Below, piece after piece: positions 19,079 to 30,004 of a stretch of 64,000 nucleotides of DNA. Both the position numbers and the translations under genes were made by a program. This stretch comes from Candidatus Bilamarchaeaceae archaeon (GTDB lineage Archaea; Micrarchaeota; Micrarchaeia; Anstonellales; Bilamarchaeaceae). The DNA is taken from assembly GCA_038851325.1 (NCBI GenBank), contig JAWCKZ010000001.1, positions 1-64,000 on the forward strand. The letters are read 5' to 3'. The number at the start of each line of letters is the position of its first letter. Positions within the stretch are counted from its first letter, which is position 1. Below the pieces are notes generated by a model that did not search any database, was not told the DNA's origin, and worked only from the letters and a program-made list of their open reading frames with translations.

Positions 19079-20362
19079 TCATCCCTCCTGTTCTGTCTGT
19101 CTCTCGCTGCTGTGTGAATGCTCCTTTAGCGCAGGACCAATCTGGTTGTAATGCAACTCCTGTCTGACGAATACGTAAACATTCGATGGCACATTCCTGT
19201 TGACAATAACACCGGAATGTATCCATGAACCAGGACCTATCAACTTACCGGGCATAGTTGCAGAAAGAACACCAAACTTAACGTTGTCACCAATAGCCGC
19301 ACCGAACTTTCTTCTTCCAGAATTAACCCATCCTTTCTCTGTCAAAACATTTACATTGCTCTCATCAAACCTGAAGTTGGCCACCTGCGTTCCTGCCCCG
19401 AAATTAACGCCCTGACCAACCACACTATCTCCAATGTAGGTAAGATGCTTAGCGTTTACGTCATCGAATAACACACTTGATTTAATCGTAACAGATTCAC
19501 CAATATGACAGTTGGCCCCAATTGCGCTCGGGCCTCGTATATAGGCATTCGGTCCGATGATGGTATTTTTTCCGATATAAACGTCACCTTCGATGTAACT
19601 GCCAATAATCCTTGCACCCTCCTCCATAACCAACCTTCCGTTCACGGTCGAGTTAATCATCTCGCCATTTCTCGTTTCCAACCTTTTAAGCATGTCTGCA
19701 TTCGCATCCAGAAGGTCCCATGGGTACCCAACGTCACGCCAGTAGCCGCCTACCTCAACTGCCTTTGCGCCAACAAAAAGATCAACTATCTCGTACTCTC
19801 CACGTACCGATTTTTTCAATGTTTTGAGTGAATCAAGAACATTTGGGTCCATGCAATAGATAGAAAGATTAGCGAGGTTGCTATGTGGGCTCTTTGGTTT
19901 CTCTTCAAAATAGCACACCCTTCCGTCTGCCACTTCAACGACGCCATACCGCTCTGGGTTATCCACGCGTTTAACAGAAATCGTTATGCCGCCTTCATGT
20001 GCATCCATAACTGCTTTCAAGATGCTCGCGTCAAAAATAAGATCGCCGCCTACCACAACAAACCTGTCATTTATCTTCCCCGCAGCAGATAGGAGGGCTG
20101 CTCCTGTTCCGTTATTAGGACCCTGCTCAACAAACTCTATATGAACGTCGAGTTCATTCTTTATTTTTGAAAGATAATTGATGAGCATTTCTTTATGCTC
20201 CCTAATTACGAATATAAAGTCCTTTATTCCTGCCTTTTTTATCTCAACCATCTGATGGTATGCGATTGGTTTTCCAACAATAGGAAGAAGTGCCTTCGGT
20301 CTTGTTTCTGTTAGTGGCCACATCCTTTTTCCATTTCCGGCAGCCAGTATTACTACTTTCAT
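19079..20362 (-). CDS. glmU: Bifunctional sugar-1-phosphate nucleotidyltransferase/acetyltransferase (GlmU-like)
   Basis: LAAGNGKRMWPLT and hexapeptide repeats, HLTYIGDSVVG. Confidence 0.9.
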   Translation of the reverse strand: MKVVILAAGNGKRMWPLTETRPKALLPIVGKPIAYHQMVEIKKAGIKDFIFVIREHKEMLINYLSKIKNELDVHIEFVEQGPNNGTGAALLSAAGKINDRFVVVGGDLIFDASILKAVMDAHEGGITISVKRVDNPERYGVVEVADGRVCYFEEKPKSPHSNLANLSIYCMDPNVLDSLKTLKKSVRGEYEIVDLFVGAKAVEVGGYWRDVGYPWDLLDANADMLKRLETRNGEMINSTVNGRLVMEEGARIIGSYIEGDVYIGKNTIIGPNAYIRGPSAIGANCHIGESVTIKSSVLFDDVNAKHLTYIGDSVVGQGVNFGAGTQVANFRFDESNVNVLTEKGWVNSGRRKFGAAIGDNVKFGVLSATMPGKLIGPGSWIHSGVIVNRNVPSNVYVFVRQELHYNQIGPALKEHSHSSERQTEQEG

Positions 20363-20404
20363 AAAAAAACCCCGTCTCTCCTTAGTTTTCTTTCCTGAAT
20401 GACT

Positions 20405-20779
20405 TTATAAGCCCTTCCTTTGATAGTCAACGATCGCCTTTTTCAGCGCCTCTATCCCCATAATTGAACAATGGTACTTAACAGGTGGAAGTCCGCCAAG
20501 ATCTTTGATTATATCATCATAAGTCAGAGCCATAACCTCATCGAGCCTTTTTCCCCTAGCAAGTCCGCAAATAGTGTCTGAGGCAGCAATCGCTGCGACA
20601 CACCCGTATGTTTCGAATCGCACGTCCTCCAGGACATCACCCTTAACCTTTATATAGACACGTATCACATCGCCACATGCAAGATTACCAGCCTCGCCAA
20701 CCCCGCTAGGGTTTTTTATTTCTCCGACAAATCTTGGATTTTTAAAGCGGTTAATGGCTTTTTCCGAGTACACTTTCAA
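20405..20779 (-). CDS. iscU: Fe-S scaffold IscU/NifU
   Basis: ACGD, GCVAAIA, LPPVKYHCS. Confidence 0.95.
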   Translation of the reverse strand: MKVYSEKAINRFKNPRFVGEIKNPSGVGEAGNLACGDVIRVYIKVKGDVLEDVRFETYGCVAAIAASDTICGLARGKRLDEVMALTYDDIIKDLGGLPPVKYHCSIMGIEALKKAIVDYQRKGL

Positions 20780-21935
20780 CCACTCTCTTAAAAGGTGAGA
20801 ATCTTCTAAGATCCTTCACAGCTTTCTTTGTTTTTTCTATTGCGTATTCTACCTCCTCCTCCTTTGTAAATCGGCTGATTGTCATCCTCACACTTCCGTT
20901 AATCTCTTCATCAGTGATACCAAGCGCTTTCAGAACATGACTCTTTTCGAGCGTGTGGGAAGCACATGCCGAGCCTGTTGATGTTTTTATCCCATCCTCC
21001 CCCAATAGCGCGCCAAGCGCTTCCCCTTCAATTCGCCTAAACGAAAAGTTCGCGTTATTACACAGTCTCCTCTCTCCTTTAGGACCGTTGAGACGACTGT
21101 CCTCAATCTCGAGTACTCCTTCTATCAGCCTATCACGAAGTTTTGACATATACGCTATGTATTCCTTATTAGATGCTATTTCAACAGCTTTCGCGAACCC
21201 GACGATGCCTGGCACATTTTCTGTTCCTCCACGCAGCTTGAACTCCTGCCCACCTCCATGTTGCCACGGGACTATCGTTGTCCCTTCGCGTATGTAGAGC
21301 GCTCCAACTCCCTTTGGACCATGGATCTTATGCGCATTGAGCGTTACGAGATGAAGGTTCTGCCTTCTCACATCTATCTCTGCCTTTGTATAACTTTGGC
21401 ACGCGTCTGTATGAAAATAGATACCGTGCGCCCTACATATCTTTCCCAACTCCTCAAGATTCTGTATTGTTCCTATCTCGTTGTTGCCGTGAATTACGGA
21501 AAAAAGTATAGTCTTATCCGTTATTGCGTTTTCAAGCTCTTCGGCATTTACAAACCCTTCTCCGTCCACGCTGAGGTAGGTTATGCGAAAGCCCTGAGTC
21601 TCAAGCCATTTGCAGCTATTAAGCACACACTTGTGCTCCACTGCTGTCGTAATGATATGGTTGCCGCGTTCTTTGTTGGCGAACGCTATACCCTTCAGAG
21701 CAAGATTATTGGCCTCTGTGCCACCAGATGTAAATACTATCTCGTCTGCCCTTGCTTTTATGGATTTTGCTATCCGCTCGCGTGCCGTCTCCACCGCTTC
21801 CCGGGCAACCCGACCAAGTTGGTGAACAGAGGATGGATTTCCGTATCTATCTGACAGATAAGGAAGCATTTCTTCAAGCACGCGCGGGTCCACCATCGTA
21901 GTGGCAGCATTATCCAAATAAACATCCATTCTCAT
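20751..21935 (-). CDS. iscS: Cysteine desulfurase IscS/NifS
   Basis: YLDNAATT, AHKIHGPKG, STGSAC. Confidence 0.95.
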   Translation of the reverse strand: MRMDVYLDNAATTMVDPRVLEEMLPYLSDRYGNPSSVHQLGRVAREAVETARERIAKSIKARADEIVFTSGGTEANNLALKGIAFANKERGNHIITTAVEHKCVLNSCKWLETQGFRITYLSVDGEGFVNAEELENAITDKTILFSVIHGNNEIGTIQNLEELGKICRAHGIYFHTDACQSYTKAEIDVRRQNLHLVTLNAHKIHGPKGVGALYIREGTTIVPWQHGGGQEFKLRGGTENVPGIVGFAKAVEIASNKEYIAYMSKLRDRLIEGVLEIEDSRLNGPKGERRLCNNANFSFRRIEGEALGALLGEDGIKTSTGSACASHTLEKSHVLKALGITDEEINGSVRMTISRFTKEEEVEYAIEKTKKAVKDLRRFSPFKRVVESVLGKSH

Positions 21936-22227
21936 TCTTGCAACACCTTCCTTCGCAATTTTGAATGTGTCTCTCTGCCGCCCGAAGCAAAGGGTTAACA
22001 GATTTTCTGTTCAGAGAATATATTCTCTGCTTCCCCCTACGTTTTACGTTAAGTATGCCGCATTTAGCAAGCCCAATAAGATGGTGCGATACCTTGCTCT
22101 GCTCTTCCCCAACAGCCTTAACAATCTCTGTAACGCTGAGCGGCCTACGGCTGAGTGAAAGGATTATGTTGAGCCGTATCCTATTTGAAAAATTCCTGAA
22201 GAAGCTATGATATGAGGCAGATTTCAT
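21910..22227 (-). CDS. ArsR/SmtB family transcriptional regulator
   Basis: wHTH QSKVSHHL and RRGKQRIYSL; C-terminal cysteines. Confidence 0.9.
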   Translation of the reverse strand: MKSASYHSFFRNFSNRIRLNIILSLSRRPLSVTEIVKAVGEEQSKVSHHLIGLAKCGILNVKRRGKQRIYSLNRKSVNPLLRAAERHIQNCEGRCCKNENGCLFG

Positions 22228-22250
22228 ATGAAACTGTTTTTATATGAAAT
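22221..22250. promoter_or_regulatory. Putative ArsR operator overlapping its own start codon
   Basis: Inverted repeat ATTTCATAT…ATATGAAAT with core ATATGAAAC-TG-TTTTTATAT, next to TATA-like TTTAAA. Confidence 0.55.
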
Positions 22251-22352
22251 ATTTAAAAATGTTCTGATTATGTTGAGCAGAAGGTGTTGCGAATTTTTAG
22301 AAATCATTATAAGGATTGCGTTGCATTTTTTCTAAACACTTGTAGTGGTTTT

Positions 22353-23063
22353 ATGAAAAGATATATACTCGCCTTCCTTGTTGTTTTTATGCTGCTTATC
22401 GGGACGATAGTCCAGAAGTATGAGCATGATGTGCTCCATGATGGAAGCTCAGTGATAACTAAATCGTTCAGATTGAGTGCGCTTGGGCCTGTAAATGAAA
22501 GCGCGCTTAAGCAATTCTGTGCTGATAATTTGGAATATGGTTGTTCTATCGAAAATGGCGAAATGCACGTAACGATAGCACTTAGCAAACAAACTGAGTA
22601 TTACACTCTTGTAGTTGATTATGGTTTTCCATTCGTGACATATGACCTTACCATTCGCTCTGTTCCAGATGATGTATTCGCTGAAAAGATAGATGACATT
22701 ATGAAGGCAAATGGTTATGCAGGCACTGGAAGAAAAGAACCAATCGATATAACAACAAAAGATACAGAAATAGAAGCCTTCCTAAAAACCTATGGTGACA
22801 TCTCTTATTCCGTCAAGATGCCTGGCAGCATAGTGGATAATAACGTAGGAAAGAGAAGCGACTCTGTTGTAACGTTCGCATTTTCGGAAGTTTTTAAAAA
22901 GGAAGGGCCGGTGATTATAAAAAGCCAGGAGATAAACTCCGGTTATCTGCTCCTTGCGACAATGACGATCGTGATTATTGCGTTTGCGTTTACTTTCCTT
23001 AAAAAAGCACCAAAGGCCGAAGAAGGACCAAAGCCTTTGAAACCAAAGAAGAAAAAAAATTGA
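22353..23063 (+). CDS. Hypothetical membrane-anchored exported protein
   Basis: N-terminal signal/TM, C-terminal TM and basic tail. Confidence 0.7.
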   Translation: MKRYILAFLVVFMLLIGTIVQKYEHDVLHDGSSVITKSFRLSALGPVNESALKQFCADNLEYGCSIENGEMHVTIALSKQTEYYTLVVDYGFPFVTYDLTIRSVPDDVFAEKIDDIMKANGYAGTGRKEPIDITTKDTEIEAFLKTYGDISYSVKMPGSIVDNNVGKRSDSVVTFAFSEVFKKEGPVIIKSQEINSGYLLLATMTIVIIAFAFTFLKKAPKAEEGPKPLKPKKKKN

Positions 23064-23143
23064 TGCCCGAAGTTTTAAGCGGTGCAAAGTTTTTAATAAG
23101 GCAAGCGGGAATAGTCTTTTGAGTAAATCAATAAGGTGAAAAC

Positions 23144-24184
23144 ATGGCTGGGATAGTCGGGTATGGCGCGTATATTCCAACGCACAGAATTAAAACAGCA
23201 GACATCGCAGGAGTTTGGGGGGAGGACCCAGCGAGGATAGAAAACGGGCTCGGTATATTTGAAAAGGCAGTTGGTGGGGTAGATGAAGACGCCACGACAA
23301 TAGCGGTTGAAGCAGCAAAAAATGCAGTAAAGAGAGCACAGATAGACGCGAGAGAGATAGGCGCAATATATGTAGGGAGCGAGAGCCATCCATATGCGGT
23401 TAAGCCTACTGCAACTATTGTAGCTGAAGCAATAGGTGCAACACCAACGCTAACTGCTGCTGATTTGGAATTTGCTTGCAAGGCAGGAACAGCAGGCTTT
23501 CAGATGTGTATCGGACTCGTCGAGAGCAACTTAACAAGGTATGCGATGTCAATTGGCGCGGACACAGCGCAAGGAAGACCAGGGGATGCGCTTGAGTATA
23601 GCGCAGCATCAGGTGGCGCAGCATACATATTTGGAAAAGATAGTGAATCGCTTGCGATAATAGAAGCAACCTACTCCTACACAACAGACACTCCGGATTT
23701 CTGGAGAAGGCAGAAGGCAGATTATCCAAGCCATGGCGGGCGATTTACTGGTGCACCTGCATACTTCAAACACGTTATTGGTGCGACAAAGGGATTGCTC
23801 GAAAAAGTAGAAATGAAACTGGATGATTTTGACTATGTAGTTTTTCATCAACCCAACGCAAAATTCCCGCTTCAAGCAGCCGCAAAGCTTGGAATACCAA
23901 AGGAGAAACTCGCACCAGGTCTTCTTGTCCCGAAAATAGGCAACACTTACTCTGGAGCAGTGCCGCTTGGTCTCAGCGCAGTTCTTGACGTTGCAAAATC
24001 TGGCCAACGCATACTTGTCACATCTTTTGGAAGCGGTGCGGGGAGTGACTCTTTTGCCGTTGTTGTCACAGATGAGATAGAGAAGCGAAGGGAACTCGCA
24101 CCAACGACGGAGAAGTATATTGCAAGAAAGCAATACATAGATTACGCAACCTATCTAAAATACCGCAGAAAACTAAAAGAATAA
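23144..24184 (+). CDS. mvaS: Hydroxymethylglutaryl-CoA synthase
   Basis: [38 protein letters not shown]. Confidence 0.95.
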   Translation: MAGIVGYGAYIPTHRIKTADIAGVWGEDPARIENGLGIFEKAVGGVDEDATTIAVEAAKNAVKRAQIDAREIGAIYVGSESHPYAVKPTATIVAEAIGATPTLTAADLEFACKAGTAGFQMCIGLVESNLTRYAMSIGADTAQGRPGDALEYSAASGGAAYIFGKDSESLAIIEATYSYTTDTPDFWRRQKADYPSHGGRFTGAPAYFKHVIGATKGLLEKVEMKLDDFDYVVFHQPNAKFPLQAAAKLGIPKEKLAPGLLVPKIGNTYSGAVPLGLSAVLDVAKSGQRILVTSFGSGAGSDSFAVVVTDEIEKRRELAPTTEKYIARKQYIDYATYLKYRRKLKE

Positions 24185-24223
24185 AAAAGCAAAAGAAGGA
24201 GAGAAAAAGCAAAAGAAGGAGAG
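24184..24223 (+). repeat. 20-nt tandem direct repeat
   Basis: AAAAAGCAAAAGAAGGAGAG twice. Confidence 0.85.
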
Positions 24224-24261
24224 ACGGAAATATTTATATATATTAAATTTTTTCTTTTACC

Positions 24262-25860
24262 ATGCGAAGGCTTGGTATCCCCTATATAAGCGCACTTATA
24301 ATACTACTAATAATTAATGTTATCTCTGCGCAGGGAGTTACCACTGAGGGCGGAAATATAACGAACGCAGCAATAAACTGCAGCCAGCTTACTAGGTTCT
24401 GGGCAGGGATAGTTGGCTGGCTTAACAATTCTCCCGCGGATATAGATTATCCTGTATCAAATCAAAGCACGCCAAACATAACGATATACACCAACAGACC
24501 GAACGGAAGTTATGCTGAATTTTTCAACACAAGTATGATTCTTACACGGCTACCGTTCAAGCCCGCCACCTCGAATATATTTACTCCTATTCAATCAGAC
24601 TTTGACGAGAATGGTATGTTTCAAAATTTCACAGTTTTTTTTGGAGTGCCGTACAATTCCACACCTGAGGATCCGCTCGATACTTTCTGCAATCCATGCA
24701 ACTATATGACATGTTATATCCTAAACGTATCGCTTCCTTGCCCGTATATAGTTCTGAACCCAAACACCAGGATGGCTGTACTGAAATTTTTTAACGGCAC
24801 TGTGGTAGAGCCGCTTTTTGTCGGATTGGTAGAGTCAAAACCTGGATATAACGGTTCGTTCTTTGATTTTGAGTACATTGTACCTGCTCTGGAAAATTAC
24901 TACTTTTACCTTTACAAAAGAGAGGCTTGCAACATCTCTGTTTGGATAGATGATACACAAACAACAGTATTCCCAAAAACAGGAGTACCGTATAAAGTAG
25001 AGGTTCTTGTAAGAGACAACTCTTCGGCACCGATCTCGAACATAACGGTTAGAGCAGAAGAAGAAAATGGCAGAAACATATTGTACCCAGTCATTCAGCT
25101 TGGAAAGAAATTTTTCGGATATGGTGAGATGAGAACAAACTCCAGTGGTAGAGCGATATTCGCGCTTGCTCCAACACGGTACAACATTCCAGATGCTTAT
25201 GATTATAAAGCCTATATAGAAGCAGAGGGGCAGGGGTATTATTGTAGGCAGAATTTGTCAATAGCCAGCTATAGCGCGCTCACACCGACATATAGAAGCT
25301 CACTTGTAAATCCAACTTATGGAAGCCAAGTAAAAGCATCTACGCAAAACATGAACTCTCTTGCAAGCACAGCAACAAAGTGGACTGCGGCAAGAAAAAT
25401 ACACCTAGCAAATGTCGATGTTTACACAAACGGTAGCCACAGCCAGTTGCCTATCCTAAGAGCAGGCGCACCAAATATGTTAAACATAACCGTCTATGAC
25501 AATGACACACTCGAGAAGATCAACGCCACTGCGTATGTTCTGGAAGAAAATGGTCATATTACATTTGTACCAGCGCAGCCCAACAAGGAAAGATACGAAA
25601 ATACAAAATCATTTTACACAAACGAAACAGTAGTTGTGATTCCAACAAGATATAACAACAACGCTACATTCGATGTTACTATCAACGACAACGGAGCAAT
25701 CATAGCCGTCCTTAATTTTGCTGTCAATTCTACCTTAGAAGAACCTGCGGCTGATGAAGCGGATATGGACGATGCGACATATTCTTTAATATCTTCTGCT
25801 TTACAGAACATCAATTCTGTTCTTATAAATATTGGGAAATCATTATCCACGATAACGTGA
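24262..25860 (+). CDS. Secreted Asn/Thr-rich surface protein
   Basis: Signal peptide, many N-x-S/T sequons, beta-rich sequence. Confidence 0.75.
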   Translation: MRRLGIPYISALIILLIINVISAQGVTTEGGNITNAAINCSQLTRFWAGIVGWLNNSPADIDYPVSNQSTPNITIYTNRPNGSYAEFFNTSMILTRLPFKPATSNIFTPIQSDFDENGMFQNFTVFFGVPYNSTPEDPLDTFCNPCNYMTCYILNVSLPCPYIVLNPNTRMAVLKFFNGTVVEPLFVGLVESKPGYNGSFFDFEYIVPALENYYFYLYKREACNISVWIDDTQTTVFPKTGVPYKVEVLVRDNSSAPISNITVRAEEENGRNILYPVIQLGKKFFGYGEMRTNSSGRAIFALAPTRYNIPDAYDYKAYIEAEGQGYYCRQNLSIASYSALTPTYRSSLVNPTYGSQVKASTQNMNSLASTATKWTAARKIHLANVDVYTNGSHSQLPILRAGAPNMLNITVYDNDTLEKINATAYVLEENGHITFVPAQPNKERYENTKSFYTNETVVVIPTRYNNNATFDVTINDNGAIIAVLNFAVNSTLEEPAADEADMDDATYSLISSALQNINSVLINIGKSLSTIT

Positions 25861-27548
25861 TGAAGATGAAAAGATTGGTTGTTTTGTTTTTGATCTTTGG
25901 GCTTTCGTTTTCCCAGAGCGCATACATAATAAACTCGACAAACGGCATAACGAATGTCACTGCCTCTTCGGCATACAGGGTGTACGCAGATACATTTGGG
26001 ACAAATCCTGACCTCGGCATCCGGTTGTGCAGTGCAGGGCAGAAGTATGTAGCTGCTGTTTACTCTGCGAATCTCGGCAGTGGGAACTATCGTTATATAA
26101 CGATAAGCTGGAACCTCACAACTGGTTCTTCAGATACGCTAGTATACACGACAAATAACCTCGGTGGGGGATGTTATGGAACACCGATAGACGCCTTTGC
26201 CTTTTCCCAATTCAGGGATTTCACACGAACACCGCATGTTTATGTTTCCGCTTTTCCTGGAAGAATTCATCTACTCTATTCTGATAGCGTTGATGGAGCG
26301 TCGCCAAGCTTTGTGGCAGTACCCTATGCAAATGGCTGGCTTCGTGGAAATTATACTGTTCCACTATCAACAAGTTCGTTTAATCAGGGGACTGGGAGAG
26401 TTACAGTAGACGTAACAAGCATAACATTTGACACTGATGTTGGTCAGGTCTCAAAAGCGCCTTCTGACTCTGAATGGGGGTTGAATAACGCAACAGGAAG
26501 AAGCATGCTCGTTGCGCTGTGTACTGACGATTTCGGCGATGCGTGTTCTGATGCAGTAATTGTAAACAGATCTGCTGACTTGCCAGTTCAACTCGCGCTT
26601 GGCCTTCCAACAAGCGATCAGGTGATCTACAATAGGTATGTCGTTGTTGACGGTCTTGGCTACGGTCCGCTCTGCATAGGAACGGATCTAACACCCACGG
26701 TTGGCGTAGCGCCGGGAACAGTAAACGCAGGACAAAACTCGACGATAACAATAACAACTACCAACAACGGAAATGTGGGAGTAACTACTGATTTTCGTGT
26801 TACGGTGAACATTACAGGTCCAGGTGGCTATTTCGAGCAAAGAAATTACACAATCACCCAAGATCTTGCGCCAGGTGCCTCAAATGTAACCACTTTTATT
26901 TTTACAAATACGAGCAGAAGCGGAGTATACACGTTCACTGCTGAAGTTGACTCCCTCCACGAAATAGTTGAGTGCAATGAAATTAATGTGGAAAGCAACA
27001 CGCTAACAGTTCAGAGAACATACAGGTTGTATGTCTTTATCGATGGTGTTCTGAATGATACGTTCCCTTACTCAGGAAGACCATACAACCTCACTGTTTA
27101 CGTAAACGATTCTGATGGGAATCTCGTTCCAAACACCAGATTTGTTTTTACAGAGACTAACGGTCTTAATCCATTCACCCCTACACAAATATGGGATGAC
27201 GGTTCTTCCACCTATGGAGTCAAAAGCGCTGCAATCGGCGAGATAACAGGCAATTCAAGTGGATACGCAATGCTTGCTGTTCTTCCGACATGTAATCAAC
27301 TCTATAAGGACCCAGTTATAGGACCACTACTCATTTCAAAAATAGGGAACTACTCCATGAAGGTGGACGCCTACGATTCTGGAGGGACGTTAATAGTCTC
27401 GAACCATCGCCTTTATGTTGCTAATGATACCTGCCCACAACCAGGTTGGGTGAACAATAAGGAGATAGTGAACAAATATTATGTGGAAGTAGTTTATGAT
27501 TGGCTTTACAAGATGTATGTAATAGCAAAGCAAATAATGGTGCCGTGA
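25857..27548 (+). CDS. Secreted surface protein with CARDB/Ig-like domain
   Basis: Signal peptide; CARDB-like TNNGNV…DLAPGAS…AEVDSLHEIVECNE. Confidence 0.75.
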   Translation: MMKMKRLVVLFLIFGLSFSQSAYIINSTNGITNVTASSAYRVYADTFGTNPDLGIRLCSAGQKYVAAVYSANLGSGNYRYITISWNLTTGSSDTLVYTTNNLGGGCYGTPIDAFAFSQFRDFTRTPHVYVSAFPGRIHLLYSDSVDGASPSFVAVPYANGWLRGNYTVPLSTSSFNQGTGRVTVDVTSITFDTDVGQVSKAPSDSEWGLNNATGRSMLVALCTDDFGDACSDAVIVNRSADLPVQLALGLPTSDQVIYNRYVVVDGLGYGPLCIGTDLTPTVGVAPGTVNAGQNSTITITTTNNGNVGVTTDFRVTVNITGPGGYFEQRNYTITQDLAPGASNVTTFIFTNTSRSGVYTFTAEVDSLHEIVECNEINVESNTLTVQRTYRLYVFIDGVLNDTFPYSGRPYNLTVYVNDSDGNLVPNTRFVFTETNGLNPFTPTQIWDDGSSTYGVKSAAIGEITGNSSGYAMLAVLPTCNQLYKDPVIGPLLISKIGNYSMKVDAYDSGGTLIVSNHRLYVANDTCPQPGWVNNKEIVNKYYVEVVYDWLYKMYVIAKQIMVP

Positions 27549-27549
27549 T

Positions 27550-29754
27550 ATGGAAGAGCGAAAAATTTTGCTCATTGTCTTTGCCCTTTTCGTTTGTATG
27601 CTTTCACTGGCGCACGCGCAGTATTATGACATCGCGCTTGTGCGCGCGAACGACAGCACAGTTTACTCGCTCGTTTATGATGACATGTCGTTTTCCTATG
27701 TCGACAGAAGTTGGGAGAACCCGGATGTCCTCTTGAGAATATGCTCTGACTCTTCGGCTAATTTGCTGAACAAGTATATCAGTCTTGCGTATGCAGACGG
27801 CGTCGATGGAGATTATATAGAGGTAACGCAGGGCCCTGTACGAATAACAAGTGTAACTCCATCTGGATGTGCTTACCCTCAAATCGAGATATTCAGTTTT
27901 CGAGCATGGTACCCATCTATCCCGTACGTGCTGATATCAGATACGCCGAATATGTCAAACGCAGCGCGTTTCAAACTATCTCGCATTCGAGGATGGTTCA
28001 TAGGAAACTACACGGTTGAGAGAACACAGGTAGGGAACCAGGTAATCATCAATGTAACAAATGCAATTGATGATACGGGGGCATCCATAGTACCGGACGT
28101 TAATTATCTTGTAGTTGGGCTTGTAAGAGACGACTTCACTGTTATGGACACTGGGATAACCTCGCCAAATGATCCAATTGTGCTATTTGCAGATTCTCCA
28201 ACATCGCCCTACCACATATTTATAAATGGTATAGGACCGGACATGCCGCCTTATGTTGAAATAATAACCCCTGAACCAATTACCTACACGAGCGGTAGTA
28301 TACCATTTACCTATATCATGTTTGATGATGACGACATCACATCTTGTTGGTATGTTCTTGATGGCGTACGTGTTGATATGCCGGCATGCGGGCCCGCATA
28401 TATCCTAAATGTTGGAAGCGGGTCGCACTCACTTACGCTATATGCAAACGATACCACGGGCAATGTTGGCTCGGATAGTGTTAATTTCAAAGTGGAGGGA
28501 ATAGCACCGCCGGTAAGACCGCCAGGAGGTGGCGGACCTCCCGGAACGCCAATCTACCAACCTATAGTACCGCCGCCTCCTCCTGGAGTTTACTTCAGTG
28601 TGATACCAGAAAATATCTACATTATAATAGATTATCCCAAAGAAGGCTCTGCGAACTTTTCAGTTACATCAACTGCCCCACTCACAGAGCTCAATTGCGT
28701 TGTGAGAGGAGATTTTGAGAACTACACCACAGTTGAACTTTATGGCTCCTCCTTAGCTGCAAATGGGACCGTAAGTGGGAGGATAACTGTCTCTATGCCA
28801 CCGATTGATATTCTTGATTATAATAAGAGCACAGAAGGAGTCCTCCAGTGTACAGGAAAGACCGCCCCAACACTTACTTCCTCTGCCCTTGCGAATGTTT
28901 ATCTTATAATAAACAAACCGCTGTTTGACGTTGAAAATAAAACCGTGGATATGATCCTGGGAACAGAAAAAAATGAGAGCATGGTTATCTGGAATGTTGG
29001 TGCTGGAAACTCAACAGCAATCAACGTAAGTGTTGAGTTTGAACGATATCAGTTCCTCTTCTCAGACTTGCAGGTCACAAAGATGATAGAGAACGGAAAG
29101 AGTGGATATGCTATCTTCGTCATAAAAATCCCGAGCGATTTCGTACCTGGAACGTACCTTATTCCATTGCACGCCTATGAAAACGGGAGATTGCTTGGAA
29201 CCGGATATTTAACCCTGCGAATAGAGGCGCCGACTGTGCCAGGACTCATCTGTGTCATGCCAGACCTTACGTGGACGCTTGTAATACTTCTGCTCGGGCT
29301 TGGCACAAGCAGCGTAGTATTTAGAAGAAAAGCGAGAATAGAGGAGTTCAAGAGAATAAGCGCTGCAACAATAAGGACAGAAAGAAGAAAGGTAAGCGAA
29401 TGGGAGAAGTATAAAACGCCATTCATGCGCGCTTTAATGGTTGGGACTATTTTCTTCATTGTATGGCTACTGCTTATACTCATACTTGCAAAATGTACTT
29501 ATGTTCGAGCTGATAGCGCTGCGTGTGTTACAGTAGACCCAATATGGACTGCGGTTATACTGCTTTTAGGGCTATTCGCTGCGGTTGTCATCTATAGACT
29601 AAAGAAAGAGGAGCATGATATCGTACCAAGCAGAACAGAGGAAGAAGAGGACGAAAGGCGGAAGATTCGACTTGTATATGCCCTAGCGACTCTCGGAGTC
29701 TTCCTCGCAGCATGGTTGATAACGTTTATTTTCCTGTTCCCAAAGTGTGCCTAG
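27550..29754 (+). CDS. Surface protein with Ig-like domains, Pro/Gly linker and four C-terminal TM helices
   Basis: HSLTLYANDTTGN Ig motif; PPGGGGPPG linker; duplicated C…D..WT.VILLLGL TM unit. Confidence 0.75.
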   Translation: MEERKILLIVFALFVCMLSLAHAQYYDIALVRANDSTVYSLVYDDMSFSYVDRSWENPDVLLRICSDSSANLLNKYISLAYADGVDGDYIEVTQGPVRITSVTPSGCAYPQIEIFSFRAWYPSIPYVLISDTPNMSNAARFKLSRIRGWFIGNYTVERTQVGNQVIINVTNAIDDTGASIVPDVNYLVVGLVRDDFTVMDTGITSPNDPIVLFADSPTSPYHIFINGIGPDMPPYVEIITPEPITYTSGSIPFTYIMFDDDDITSCWYVLDGVRVDMPACGPAYILNVGSGSHSLTLYANDTTGNVGSDSVNFKVEGIAPPVRPPGGGGPPGTPIYQPIVPPPPPGVYFSVIPENIYIIIDYPKEGSANFSVTSTAPLTELNCVVRGDFENYTTVELYGSSLAANGTVSGRITVSMPPIDILDYNKSTEGVLQCTGKTAPTLTSSALANVYLIINKPLFDVENKTVDMILGTEKNESMVIWNVGAGNSTAINVSVEFERYQFLFSDLQVTKMIENGKSGYAIFVIKIPSDFVPGTYLIPLHAYENGRLLGTGYLTLRIEAPTVPGLICVMPDLTWTLVILLLGLGTSSVVFRRKARIEEFKRISAATIRTERRKVSEWEKYKTPFMRALMVGTIFFIVWLLLILILAKCTYVRADSAACVTVDPIWTAVILLLGLFAAVVIYRLKKEEHDIVPSRTEEEEDERRKIRLVYALATLGVFLAAWLITFIFLFPKCA

Positions 29755-29782
29755 CAATCCTGGCAAGCCCTAATACCATTTC

Positions 29783-30004
29783 GTAACAGTCTAAGAATTC
29801 CCTACGACGTAGAATTTCAATCAACGAGATGAAAATTTCGGCTCACTGACGTCAAATCCACATTCTGCCATCTTTTTTTGCAAAAGTGGAAAATTCGCAC
29901 GACGAGCAAGTTGAAAAATTTTATTACGATAAAAAACTGAAAGGCATTTTCACAAAATAAAAGCACTCATTTTCGTCGTGCCCGGGGGATTTTAAAACTC
30001 TTAC
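29783..30004. mobile_element. 222-bp IS66-family MITE
   Basis: Imperfect TIRs GTAACAGTCTAAGAATTCCC and (reverse complement) GTAAGAGTTTTAAAATCCCC; perfect 8-bp target duplication ACCATTTC at 29775-29782 and 30005-30012. Confidence 0.9.

Noticed and set aside
24184..24223. Functional role for the 20-nt tandem repeat
   Set aside because: A low-complexity purine tract, most simply explained by replication slippage.
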